The position numbers were made by a program, and so were the translations under genes. A stretch of 61,516 nt of DNA, taken from IMG/VR virus record IMGVR_UViG_3300027908_000008, positions 1-61,516 of that record; one strand, 5' to 3'. A model generated the notes under the pieces. That model did not search any database. It saw nothing but the letters and a program-made list of their open reading frames with translations, and was not told the origin of the DNA. Of the stretch, positions 16,076 through 24,120 are shown one piece after another (positions within the stretch are counted from its first letter, which is position 1; each line of letters opens with the position of its first letter). The DNA comes from a virus.

Positions 16076-16384
16076 TTAGGTTTCCTTCGGTTGAGTAGGG
16101 TTTTCGGGTAACGGTTGGGTGGTCTGTACCGACACTGACGAAGCTGGCGGCGTCTGCGCGGCCATCGTGGCGATTGTCTGATCCTTGTCGCTAGACGCCT
16201 TGGACGTTCCGAACATAAATCCCACAGCCCCCAGGAAGCCGCCAGCGCCGACAATCAGCGTCGCCAGGGAGGAGAACAGCTCGTTCTTCTCAAGGGTCGG
16301 GTTGAAGGCCACGGCGCCAAGGATGCCGCCCGTCAAGGCAAATAGGCCGATCATGGTCCAGCCGCGTGCGTCGGGAGAGGTCAA
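16076..16384 (-). CDS. Membrane protein (2 predicted TM segments)
   Basis: GWTMIGLFALTGGILGAVAF and LATLIVGAGGFLGAVGFMF hydrophobic spans. Confidence 0.5.
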   Translation of the reverse strand: MTSPDARGWTMIGLFALTGGILGAVAFNPTLEKNELFSSLATLIVGAGGFLGAVGFMFGTSKASSDKDQTIATMAAQTPPASSVSVQTTQPLPENPTQPKET

Positions 16385-16593
16385 GGCGCGTCTCGCTTTC
16401 CCACTCGAAGCAGGCTCCGAAGATCGGTGATGAATTGATCAAGTTCGAATATCTCAATCTCAACGGGACCATAGGCGTCGGCGTGCGTTCCGCTAGCGAT
16501 CGTCAGCGTCGTTCCGTCAAGTGTCGCAGAGTATCCACCATGCTTGGTTGAGGCGCGCCTCACGGAGGCTGCGAGTGGCTTCGCTTCGCTCAT
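16381..16593 (-). CDS. Hypothetical protein
   Basis: ATG 16593 (ATGA overlap) within track ORF 16381..16605. Confidence 0.45.
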   Translation of the reverse strand: MSEAKPLAASVRRASTKHGGYSATLDGTTLTIASGTHADAYGPVEIEIFELDQFITDLRSLLRVGKRDAP

Positions 16594-16724
16594 CTTCCCT
16601 TCCACACCCCGTCCGGTCGCTGGTCAGCCTGTTCTAGCCGCTTCTCGAAACTTCTCCAGCACCACCAGGCCGCGACGAATGCGCCGAGGGCTAGGGCGTA
16701 GATGAGGGCGAGCCAGAAGATCAT
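16590..16724 (-). CDS. Small membrane protein (44 aa)
   Basis: ATG 16724 (ATGA overlap); MIFWLALIYALALGAFVAAWWCW TM segment. Confidence 0.4.
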   Translation of the reverse strand: MIFWLALIYALALGAFVAAWWCWRSFEKRLEQADQRPDGVWKGR

Positions 16725-17113
16725 GCGACCGCCGTTGCTGGCCCGACCATGATCTGCGGCGGACGCGGAATCGTCTTGATCTGCGGTCGCCAGAGATGCA
16801 GGCAGTTGGGGTGGCAATTGACGTGATCAGACGGCGGAACGTGAAGCTGCATCGCCGTCTCGTCGTCCTTGAAGAACTCGCGCTTGACGAACTCCATCTC
16901 GCTCCAGGTCGGGCAACGAGTGCCGATTGAGACCGAGACGTGATCCCATCCACCGCCCGCACTGGCGATGATATGCAGGCGCGTGCGGCCCGTAGGATCA
17001 TCGGGCGATGGCATTTCGAACACGCCGGCCGTATCATCGCCAACGTCACCGTACATCTGCATGACGGCTGCGTCGGTGCGGCGGAAACGGTTGAGCGCGT
17101 AGAGACTTTTCAC
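16721..17113 (-). CDS. Conserved phage protein of unknown function
   Basis: LHIIASAGGGWDHVSVS...PTWSEMEFVKREFF...MQLHVPPSDHVNCHPNCLHLWRP recalls a recurrent prophage family; GTG start. Confidence 0.55.
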   Translation of the reverse strand: MKSLYALNRFRRTDAAVMQMYGDVGDDTAGVFEMPSPDDPTGRTRLHIIASAGGGWDHVSVSIGTRCPTWSEMEFVKREFFKDDETAMQLHVPPSDHVNCHPNCLHLWRPQIKTIPRPPQIMVGPATAVA

Positions 17114-17244
17114 GGATGCTGATCCTTGCCTTCCCCGATTTCGAGGTCCTTGGCTTCGTCTTCCTCGACTTGCTCGGTCAAGTTCGCGGCTGAGTCGGCC
17201 GGGAGTTCGGCGTCGTCTTCGGGGTTGGGGGGAAGGTCGGTCAT
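17110..17244 (-). CDS. Acidic miniprotein (44 aa)
   Basis: Hand translation MTDLPPNPEDDAELPADSAANLTEQVEEDEAKDLEIGEGKDQHP; GTGA/ATGA coupling at both ends. Confidence 0.3.
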   Translation of the reverse strand: MTDLPPNPEDDAELPADSAANLTEQVEEDEAKDLEIGEGKDQHP

Positions 17245-17489
17245 TGAGTGAGCGATCCGTCAGGGTTGATAATTGGCTGTCCGGGCATGGCGTGCGTTAG
17301 ACTTGGCGTGGTTCCGGCTGGGAAGTGCGAGAAACCTCGACGCGGGCAGCCGATACCCTGACAGGTTATTTCGGAGCCGGGCGGGCAGATGCATGCGGGA
17401 GGAATAGTGGGCATCATCTGCGGATTAGGAGACTGGCCATTGCAAGTGAACGGCCAAAGTCGGCATCTGCCAGTGCAGGCGCAACTCAT
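17241..17489 (-). CDS. Cysteine-rich small protein (82 aa, 9 Cys)
   Basis: ATG 17489 (ATGA overlap) within track ORF 17241..17747: MSCACTGRCRLWPFTCNG...ACICPPGSEITCQGIGCP. Confidence 0.4.
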   Translation of the reverse strand: MSCACTGRCRLWPFTCNGQSPNPQMMPTIPPACICPPGSEITCQGIGCPRRGFSHFPAGTTPSLTHAMPGQPIINPDGSLTQ

Positions 17490-17704
17490 TCGTCCTCCCC
17501 CGCCTTCCCCGCATCGAACGCCGCCTGAGCCGCCACCGGATCGGTCGCGAGGTCGATCACGTCGGTCAGGCACAGGTCGATAGCCGACGCCGCTTTGCCG
17601 AGAAACATCGCAATCCGGGCATAGTCGGTCTCCTGCATCGCGAAGCCGATATTGTTGTGGGCGATGCCTAGGTTTTCGGTGAGGTTGGAGGCGGTGTCGC
17701 TCAT
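17486..17704 (-). CDS. Hypothetical protein (72 aa)
   Basis: ATG 17704 within track ORF 17486..17758. Confidence 0.45.
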   Translation of the reverse strand: MSDTASNLTENLGIAHNNIGFAMQETDYARIAMFLGKAASAIDLCLTDVIDLATDPVAAQAAFDAGKAGEDE

Positions 17705-17828
17705 GCTCGGCGCCAGTGCCCGACCGCGTTGAACTTCGTTTCGCCACAGCGAGCGCATCGGCCGAGAGCGCCCTCGACGAAGACGTGCGGCGTTTTCGGA
17801 TCGCAGGGCGAGCGGTCTTTAGGGGCGG

Positions 17829-18224
17829 TCATGCTTTTGGCCTGACGATAACAAGCTGCCCATTCGCCAAAAGAACATCATAGACATGTCCCCGAAGGGC
17901 GGTCCACTTGGCTATTGATTTTGCCGAGTATCGACCAAACCACGTCCAAGAGGTCTTCCGGCCGGGATGGCGTCTCCACGCTATCGGAGTATGCGGTAGT
18001 GAAGGCTCTTGGCGACCCTGCGCCACCCTTTCGGCCTCACGTTGCAAAAACCATTCCCGACTGCAAAACGATGGTGGGCCACCATACTCAGGCTTGAGTT
18101 GGCCGTAGGCGTCGTACATTCCAGTGCCTATTAGGGCCTGACGAGCTGCCTCCGGGCTAGAAACGGCGTTCTCAGTCCACAGCCTGATCGCCTCCCGGAT
18201 AGCCTCGCGCTGCTCGTCCGTCAC
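17829..18224 (-). CDS. Hypothetical protein
   Basis: Track ORF; overlaps the endolysin stop. Confidence 0.5.
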   Translation of the reverse strand: MTDEQREAIREAIRLWTENAVSSPEAARQALIGTGMYDAYGQLKPEYGGPPSFCSREWFLQREAERVAQGRQEPSLPHTPIAWRRHPGRKTSWTWFGRYSAKSIAKWTALRGHVYDVLLANGQLVIVRPKA

Positions 18225-18739
18225 TTCCCCGTCATCCCCTGAGCCAGCGCGGCCGTGCGGCTCAAGCGCGCCAGCCAGCCGTTGCCGAACCGGCCGAACG
18301 TCGGGAGCGACCGATAAAAGGCTTCGCGAAGGGTGGCCATGTGCTCGATAATCAGAACTGGCGATAATGCCGCCACAGCGCGCGCCGTGTTCGGCCCGAA
18401 GGAGCCGTCAGGCGTGGTTGCGGCGGCGCTCTGGAGTGTGCGGATGGCCTTCCCGACGCCCTGGTTGACAGCGCAGTCGAAGGTCATCAGGTCAACGCCA
18501 TCGGGCAGCGCATCGCAGTGCGCGGCGTTGAAGTAGTCGGCGCGGTAGATGGGCGCCACATCTTCAGGCGTGAGAGCCTGCACGTCGGTAATCGTCACGT
18601 CGGGACCGCGCCAGCTTGCTAGAGTGCGAAGGGTGATTCCGAGATTCGTCGCGCCGCCTGGATCGGCCGGATCGTCAACGAAGCCGCCTTCAGAAGCGAG
18701 GACGATTTGCAGGCAGTTGGGGAAGTTGGCGGCGGTCAC
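18221..18739 (-). CDS. Endolysin, glycoside hydrolase family 108 with a peptidoglycan-binding C-terminus
   Basis: LASEGGFVDDPADPGGATNLGIT...IYRADYF...DCAVNQGVGKAIRTLQ...DGSFGPNT...FGNGWLARL; GTG 18739. Confidence 0.8.
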   Translation of the reverse strand: MTAANFPNCLQIVLASEGGFVDDPADPGGATNLGITLRTLASWRGPDVTITDVQALTPEDVAPIYRADYFNAAHCDALPDGVDLMTFDCAVNQGVGKAIRTLQSAAATTPDGSFGPNTARAVAALSPVLIIEHMATLREAFYRSLPTFGRFGNGWLARLSRTAALAQGMTGK

Positions 18740-18822
18740 GATAAGATGTCCCGCATCCCGCGCCAGACGATAAGCCCGACGACTAGGGCGACGGATAGGG
18801 AGAAGAGGAGGTAGGCCGTCAT
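18736..18822 (-). CDS. TM peptide (28 aa) immediately upstream of the endolysin
   Basis: Hand translation MTAYLLFSLSVALVVGLIVWRGMRDILS; ATGA and GTGA coupling. Confidence 0.3.
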   Translation of the reverse strand: MTAYLLFSLSVALVVGLIVWRGMRDILS

Positions 18823-18977
18823 GCGTGCGTCCCAAACACAACGCCGGTAATCAGCAGGAGGACCAATCCGCTGCTCTTCGCTACGTCAATTATCGATTTA
18901 GGCGAAGGACGATTGAGCACCACGAACATGCCAATCGCTGCGCCACCGATCAGATGGAGCCAGTCTGAGGCGTTCAT
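18819..18977 (-). CDS. Holin-like 2-TM protein (52 aa)
   Basis: Hand translation MNASDWLHLIGGAAIGMFVVLNRPSPKSIIDVAKSSGLVLLLITGVVFGTHA; ATGA coupling at both ends. Confidence 0.4.
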   Translation of the reverse strand: MNASDWLHLIGGAAIGMFVVLNRPSPKSIIDVAKSSGLVLLLITGVVFGTHA

Positions 18978-19231
18978 TCCGCCCCCTCGGTCGCGGGCTG
19001 GAGTAGGGCGTCAATTCCCGCTCTCCAAGCCTGCCTCATGCCAATGCCGCTTGTCCCGTCATCGGACGCGAAAGGGACGCCAGCATAGTAGCCAGCGATC
19101 ATAGCATCAGACAGATCGTTGCTCGGCTCGCGCATCGCCTCAAGCACGGCGCGGACGGCGTTCTCCCACGAGAACAGCTGGTTGACCGACGCGCTTTGTG
19201 CGGCTGCGGCAAGGCGCTTGATCTCGCTCAT
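18974..19231 (-). CDS. Hypothetical protein
   Basis: Track ORF, operon context. Confidence 0.5.
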   Translation of the reverse strand: MSEIKRLAAAAQSASVNQLFSWENAVRAVLEAMREPSNDLSDAMIAGYYAGVPFASDDGTSGIGMRQAWRAGIDALLQPATEGAE

Positions 19232-19536
19232 GCGCCCACCTTCGGCTTAGCTGGCGTCAGGTCTTCGGCGAAGCGGCGTACAGTGTCGGCGCGCGAGCCG
19301 CCGATTTTCTTCCACCGACAAGGGCACCAGTACGCATTGGGGGTTCTCTGCGGGAACTCACGTAGTGATACGCCAAGGGGCCGGCGAACCAGCATGCAAA
19401 TATGGTCTAGGCGGTGCATGTCGTGTATGGCGATGACCGTGGCGCGGTCTCCCTTGTGGACTACCGCAGGTCCACCACCGAATGCCGCGATGTCACAACG
19501 CGCTTCTAGAACATCGCCAACGCCGATCTCGCTCAC
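19228..19536 (-). CDS. Hypothetical protein
   Basis: Track ORF, operon context. Confidence 0.5.
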   Translation of the reverse strand: MSEIGVGDVLEARCDIAAFGGGPAVVHKGDRATVIAIHDMHRLDHICMLVRRPLGVSLREFPQRTPNAYWCPCRWKKIGGSRADTVRRFAEDLTPAKPKVGA

Positions 19537-19751
19537 CGCTTCGCCTCCGCTTCGGTGGGGGCGGCCGGGACAGGCATCCAGTGGTCCGGCTGCTCGTCAG
19601 GGATGCCGCCGAAATCGTCTTGTATCCAAAGACCATCGTCGCCAACGTGCGGGCCCCACAGGCCAATGTAGACCCACTTGTCGAGGTTATCGATCAGCAG
19701 TAGGCGCGTCCCATCCTTCGGCGCACTCTCAATCGGCAACCACTCAGCCAT
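19533..19751 (-). CDS. DUF551-like protein
   Basis: ATG 19751; MAEWLPIESAPKDGTRLLLID... resembles the DUF551 N-terminal pattern. Confidence 0.5.
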   Translation of the reverse strand: MAEWLPIESAPKDGTRLLLIDNLDKWVYIGLWGPHVGDDGLWIQDDFGGIPDEQPDHWMPVPAAPTEAEAKR

Positions 19752-19842
19752 TGTCGCGCTTCCCCAAGTTCGCCAGCACGACAACAGCAAGCAGCCCGAA
19801 GACGGTTAGGGAAAGGTCGGCGAGGTTAGTCATGGGTCAAGG

Positions 19843-20010
19843 CTAGCCCCCTTTCACGGTCGCGTCTATCGCTTCTTTCAGCGCTCGCGTGATCCACTTG
19901 CTCACCGAGACGCCTTCCGTGTGCGCGGCTCGCTTCACCGCCGAGAGCAGGTCGGTCGGCGTATGCAAGTAGAATCTTTCGAGCGGGATTTCGGGAGGAC
20001 GGCGGGACAT
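19843..20010 (-). CDS. Ribbon-helix-helix (Arc/CopG-like) DNA-binding protein
   Basis: ATG 20010; ERFYLHTPTDLLSAVKRAAHTEGVSVSKWITRALKEAI. Confidence 0.6.
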   Translation of the reverse strand: MSRRPPEIPLERFYLHTPTDLLSAVKRAAHTEGVSVSKWITRALKEAIDATVKGG

Positions 20011-20015
20011 TGCGC

Positions 20016-20045
20016 AGACGGTAGCTTGCAATAACGCGACCGTCT
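20016..20045. promoter_or_regulatory. Inverted repeat AGACGGT-N16-ACCGTCT just upstream of the RHH gene (candidate operator)
   Basis: Read directly, 6 nt from the RHH start codon. Confidence 0.4.
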
Positions 20046-20098
20046 AGGTATGAAGGCCAAATGGAACGTCTGCCCACCACTGATCGACAGACCCGCGC

Positions 20099-20172
20099 TC
20101 GCGGGTCGTCTAGCGGTAGGACTCTCGGTTTTGGCCCGAGCAACGCAGGTTCGATGCCTGCCCTGCGAACCA
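20099..20172 (+). tRNA. tRNA-Gln (anticodon UUG), CCA encoded
   Basis: Hand fold: acceptor tcgcggg/cctgcga (one G-U), D arm gtct-agcggta-ggac, anticodon arm ctcgg-ttTTGgc-ccgag, T arm gcagg-ttcgatg-cctgc, A-CCA. Confidence 0.8.
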
Positions 20173-20261
20173 TCCGACGGCGAGGCTAACTGAGACGCGC
20201 TGAAGCCCGGCGAGTGTCGGTAATCAGCGGTGCGAGAGCCTAGCAGGTTGCCCCTTAAACG

Positions 20262-20333
20262 GGGCCGGTAGCTCAGTAGCAGAGCGCCGCCTTCTGCTGG
20301 CGGAGGTCGGAGGTGCAAGTCCTTCTCGGCCCC
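20262..20333 (+). tRNA. Atypical tRNA, anticodon CUG (Gln) if functional
   Basis: Cloverleaf gggccgg/tcggccc, gctc-agtagca-gagc, ccgcc-ttCTGct-ggcgg, ggagg-tgcaagt-ccttc; pyrimidine at position 37, G at T-loop position 55, no CCA. Confidence 0.55.
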
Positions 20334-20435
20334 CCCCTTTCTAGGGCCGCTTCGGCGGTGACGTAAAACGAGGCGTCAGAACACGCCTATCGCACCGAAA
20401 ATCGGGACTAACGCCCCGACAGCGCACCTTCTCAA

Positions 20436-20512
20436 GCGCTTGTAGCTCAGTCGGATAGAGCATCGGGTTCCGGACCCGAAGGCCGCAAGTTCGAGTCTTG
20501 CCGAGCGCGCCA
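20436..20512 (+). tRNA. tRNA-Arg (anticodon CCG), CCA encoded
   Basis: Hand fold: gcgcttg/cgagcgc, gctc-agtcggata-gagc, tcggg-ttCCGga-cccga, gcaag-ttcgagt-cttgc, G-CCA. Confidence 0.8.
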
Positions 20513-20513
20513 A

Positions 20514-20717
20514 TCAGCACCGCGAGTGCAACAGCGACCCGCCACCGCCGCCAAGCATATCGGCGAGGAACAGCAAGCACCCGATGGCGATCACCAGCAC
20601 GATGATGATCATGATCGGCTGCGGGATCGTGATGCCCATGGCGCGGACGGCCCAGAAGCCAATCGCGAGCGCAGCGCAGGCGATCAGCAGGTAGATGAGG
20701 AGGTGGATGATATCCAT
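20514..20717 (-). CDS. Membrane protein (67 aa, 2 TM)
   Basis: ATG 20717; MDIIHLLIYLLIACAALAIGFWAV...IMIIIVLVIAIGCLLFLADML. Confidence 0.45.
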   Translation of the reverse strand: MDIIHLLIYLLIACAALAIGFWAVRAMGITIPQPIMIIIVLVIAIGCLLFLADMLGGGGGSLLHSRC

Positions 20718-20745
20718 CGCGGGCGGTCCTTTACGTCGCAACGGC

Positions 20746-20865
20746 TCAGGGCGACGGTTGTTCCGCTACGTGCATCCCGAAGGCGAACGCCACCAAGATC
20801 GCCAGCGCCACGGCGACTACGATAGCGCCGGCCAGGAGGGGGCTGAACGGCGGGCGGCTGGTCAT
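20746..20865 (-). CDS. TM miniprotein (39 aa)
   Basis: Hand translation MTSRPPFSPLLAGAIVVAVALAILVAFAFGMHVAEQPSP; ATGA overlap with the upstream gene. Confidence 0.3.
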   Translation of the reverse strand: MTSRPPFSPLLAGAIVVAVALAILVAFAFGMHVAEQPSP

Positions 20866-21293
20866 GTCCCCTTGTGTCGCGCGCTCGACACTTCCGCGAA
20901 CACATCGGCTGGAATCATACGGCTGATCTGCGCGGATAGATTCTCGTTCACGCGGCTCAGGCGCTCAATGGAGTTTTGCATGGCCGTGTGCTCTGCCTCA
21001 TCCTTCGATGCGTGCCTCAAAAAGGCATCGCGGATTGCCTCGATGGCTTTTAGCCGCTCCTCGTGCGCCTCGGTCCTGATGCTCACCCGCAAACCAAGTT
21101 CGGCGTTGGCGGTCACCGCCGAGACGAAGCCCGCCACGCGGAGGTCAAGTTCTTTCAGGTGTTTCTCCAGTTCGGCAATGGCGTCGGTGGTTTTGACATC
21201 CCGCCGCACAACCCCAAACACCCGGTCGGCGATAAGCAGTATCACGCCAATGCCCGTGAGGAGGGACGCCCACTGAACTGCAAGCTGGAGCAT
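20862..21293 (-). CDS. N-terminally anchored coiled-coil membrane protein
   Basis: WASLLTGIGVILLIADRVFGVV TM segment followed by heptad-like helices. Confidence 0.5.
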   Translation of the reverse strand: MLQLAVQWASLLTGIGVILLIADRVFGVVRRDVKTTDAIAELEKHLKELDLRVAGFVSAVTANAELGLRVSIRTEAHEERLKAIEAIRDAFLRHASKDEAEHTAMQNSIERLSRVNENLSAQISRMIPADVFAEVSSARHKGT

Positions 21294-21426
21294 CGCGCCT
21301 CAATTCCCCAACGCCCAGACGGTCGCCGTCCGCTCAAAACCATCCACGGCGCCCTTGTTGAGCGCTGAGCCAGTTACGTTCCCGGCACAGACTTCGGGTG
21401 GGATAGGTTCTAACATGGCTTGCCCC

Positions 21427-22893
21427 CTATTGGACCAGATTGTGCGTCGCGTCGGTTTGCCAGGCATCCATCAGCGTCGTGGTGCACGGGTTCGGATTGG
21501 AGCAGCCGTGGTAGAAAATGAAGTGCTGACCGTCCGCCGCCCCGAAGGCCCAGGACTGCGCGACGAGGCCGCCGGGGAAGCTGGTGGTGATCGTGCCCTG
21601 GCCGGTGGGGCCTTGAACGATCAGCGTCGATCCGGAGGTCCCGGACAGCACCGTCCACGACCCATTCAGCCGACCGTCGATGCCTGAGACGGTGACGCTG
21701 GAGCCGATGGTGAAGGATGCGGTGGTCGATAGGTTGAGCGTGATCTGGCCGGTCCCAGAAACGTAGGAACCCGAACTGATGGCGTAGTTGACGGGGGGCG
21801 CTTGAGCGCCATTGTTGACGAACTGTGTCCATGTCTGGCAGCCCGCCAGCGTGCCGTCGTAGTAGCTGCACGCGGAGCCTGGGCTCGATGCCGTAGCGAC
21901 CTTCCAAAGCAGCGCGTAGGTGTGCGGGCTTGAGAAGCTGGACTGCCCGGGATTGTTGAGCAGAAAGCGGAAGTAGTTGCCAGAGCGGTCAGGCTTGGAC
22001 CATGCGTGGTCGGTCTGCTGCCATTGGTTCAGGGAGTCGCCGAAGTTCCCCATGAACATCTCGAAGTCGTCGAACTCCGAGAAGGTGTCGTAGACCATCC
22101 CGACGTTGCCACCGGTCAGCGCCGAGGTCCCTGCGCCGGTGTTGCAGTTGAGGGTGAAGGAGCCCGAGCCGCTGACGGCATTAGGGACGTAGCAGGTAGT
22201 TCCCTGGAGCACCGCGAAGCCGCCCGTCCCGGTGAGGCTGGTCAGGATGACCGAGCCGAATTGCGTCAACGTAGTTGAGCCTGTCGGCGTGACGGTGAGC
22301 ACGCCCGTACCCGAAACGTAGCTGGCCGAGGCGATCCCAAAGTTGGTCTGCTGGCCGGTCCAGTTGCAGGCCGGCATGGCGGTCGCGGTGGTGCACTCCA
22401 GCCCCCATAGCCAGCCGGCCTGCCAATCCCCCGCGACGCTCGCCGCAGTCCACGATGACGTGACTTGGAAGTAGCCGCCTCCCCCGAAGGACGTACCCAC
22501 GAAGGTCTGCCCCTTGCAGGTGGCGGACGCGAGGTTGGCTTGGTAGCCGCCCGAGTTGTCGCCCACTGTCGCGCTGGTGGCGTTCAGGGTGAGGTTGGTG
22601 GTGATCGGCGTCTGGCCGAAGCAATCGTCGATGTAGAGCTTCTTGCCGGAGGGGTAGGTCAGCGCGGTGTCGACGTTGGTGGTGGTCCAGTCGCTCGTCG
22701 CTCCGTTGACCTTCCACGTCTCGGTGCAGAAGCCGGCGGCTGCGGCTGGTGCGGGTGCGGAAGCGCAGGGGTTCGGAGCTGGAGAGCCCCCGCCGTGCGT
22801 CCACGCCAGAGAACTCGTCGGGCAGGTGATCGTCAGCAGCAGGGCCGTGAGGATGGCCTTGCAGGCGACGGCGACGGAGAGCGGCATTTTCAC
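21427..22893 (-). CDS. Signal-peptide protein with a lectin/GH16-like signature and SYVSGTG repeats
   Basis: N-terminus MKMPLSVAVACKAILTALLLTITCPTSSLA; QAGWLWGLE ... SEFDDFEMF (ExDxxE spacing); two (A/S)SYVSGTGx(L/I)T modules. Confidence 0.55.
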   Translation of the reverse strand: MKMPLSVAVACKAILTALLLTITCPTSSLAWTHGGGSPAPNPCASAPAPAAAAGFCTETWKVNGATSDWTTTNVDTALTYPSGKKLYIDDCFGQTPITTNLTLNATSATVGDNSGGYQANLASATCKGQTFVGTSFGGGGYFQVTSSWTAASVAGDWQAGWLWGLECTTATAMPACNWTGQQTNFGIASASYVSGTGVLTVTPTGSTTLTQFGSVILTSLTGTGGFAVLQGTTCYVPNAVSGSGSFTLNCNTGAGTSALTGGNVGMVYDTFSEFDDFEMFMGNFGDSLNQWQQTDHAWSKPDRSGNYFRFLLNNPGQSSFSSPHTYALLWKVATASSPGSACSYYDGTLAGCQTWTQFVNNGAQAPPVNYAISSGSYVSGTGQITLNLSTTASFTIGSSVTVSGIDGRLNGSWTVLSGTSGSTLIVQGPTGQGTITTSFPGGLVAQSWAFGAADGQHFIFYHGCSNPNPCTTTLMDAWQTDATHNLVQ

Positions 22894-24116
22894 GGTCCTA
22901 CGCCAGTGAGGGAAAGGGAGGGGCCGCCGAGAGCGCCCGCTGGCACGTATGTCAATACGATGATGCCTTGCGCACCGGCGCTCGGCGAGCCGCCTTGGCC
23001 AGCTTCAGCGCAGCCGCCGCCGCCATAAAGGGCAGCGACTGGTGCGCCGGTAGTAGAAAAACCTCCTCCGCAGCCGCTTCCGGGACCGGCAGTTGGACCG
23101 GCAGTTGAGGTCCAAACGGTATCCTGAGACCCTGCGCCGCCGACACACACCGTTCCCCAAGAACAGCCACCGCCGCCCCCGCCATTCGTACCGGCGGTCG
23201 TGCTGGTACCTCCGGTCCCCGCGCCAGTGCTCAGGCGGTTTGTGCCGCCGTTTGAGCCTGTGCCGCTCGTAACGACGCCGCCGTTGGCGCCGCCATTTGC
23301 CCCGCCACCGCCAGAGCCGCCAAAGCGAAAACCGTTTCCTGTACCACCGTTGCCGCCGTTTCCATTCGGACCAGCCGCACCGCCGGCGCCCCAGCCTGGG
23401 AAACTCCCGCCGTTTCCTTGGGCACTGTTGCCGCCTGAGAACGTAGTTGAGCCGGTGCCGCTTGCGGCCGAACCGCCAGTTCCGTTACCGGAGATTAGCT
23501 TGCCACCCTGTGCCCCGACGGTAGGCGATGCGGCAAGGCTCGTACCGTTGAAGAAGGTATCGCCGCCATTGCCCGCAGCGGTGCTCCCCGAGGCATTCCC
23601 GGCAGTGCCGGCAGCACCAATCTGATATGGCACCAAAGCACCAGCCGTAAGGGCGAGCGAGGTCTGTGCCGAATAGGCACCACCGCCGCCTCCCGCGCCG
23701 CCCCCGCCTTGGCCACCGCTAGCACCGCCGATAACCTCGATTTTAGCCCCGGCATTATTCCAGTCAGAGGGTAGTTGGTAACCATAAGTCGTCGTCATTG
23801 CCTCTCCCATCGAGACAGTCGAGGACTGGCTAAGCGTACACGTAAAAATTGGACTTGAGCCTGTGCATGGCGCGGTCACATAGCTTCCAGCCGTCACGCC
23901 CGTTCCTACGACGAACATGCCAACGGGCGGCGATGTCAGACCGTTATTAAAGGCAATCGCGGAAGTAACGAGGGTTGTTCCCGCAATCGTAGCGGTCATC
24001 GACGCAGTGGGCGCGCCGGTTGGTGTCGTGAGGAACAGGACGGCCGAAGCGCACTGCCCCCACCCAAGGGCGAAGACCGCGCCGACGAGAGCGAGGAAGG
24101 ACTTCAGTCGCCACAT
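22890..24116 (-). CDS. Signal-peptide glycine-rich-domain protein (tail-fibre-associated type)
   Basis: Start M37 (24116) MWRLKSFLALVGAVFALGWGQCASA; IEVIGGASGGQGGGGAGGGGGAY...GGDTFF...GAQGIIVLTY. Confidence 0.6.
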   Translation of the reverse strand: MWRLKSFLALVGAVFALGWGQCASAVLFLTTPTGAPTASMTATIAGTTLVTSAIAFNNGLTSPPVGMFVVGTGVTAGSYVTAPCTGSSPIFTCTLSQSSTVSMGEAMTTTYGYQLPSDWNNAGAKIEVIGGASGGQGGGGAGGGGGAYSAQTSLALTAGALVPYQIGAAGTAGNASGSTAAGNGGDTFFNGTSLAASPTVGAQGGKLISGNGTGGSAASGTGSTTFSGGNSAQGNGGSFPGWGAGGAAGPNGNGGNGGTGNGFRFGGSGGGGANGGANGGVVTSGTGSNGGTNRLSTGAGTGGTSTTAGTNGGGGGGCSWGTVCVGGAGSQDTVWTSTAGPTAGPGSGCGGGFSTTGAPVAALYGGGGCAEAGQGGSPSAGAQGIIVLTYVPAGALGGPSLSLTGVGP

Positions 24117-24120
24117 GGGC

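Noticed and set aside
22890-24116. The Gly-rich repetitive DNA might indicate a collagen-like or PE-PGRS-like gene, or an assembly artefact
   Set aside because: There is no Gly-X-Y periodicity. The composition and flanks (IEVIGG...GGDTFF...GIIVLTY) fit the glycine-rich domain seen with phage fibres.
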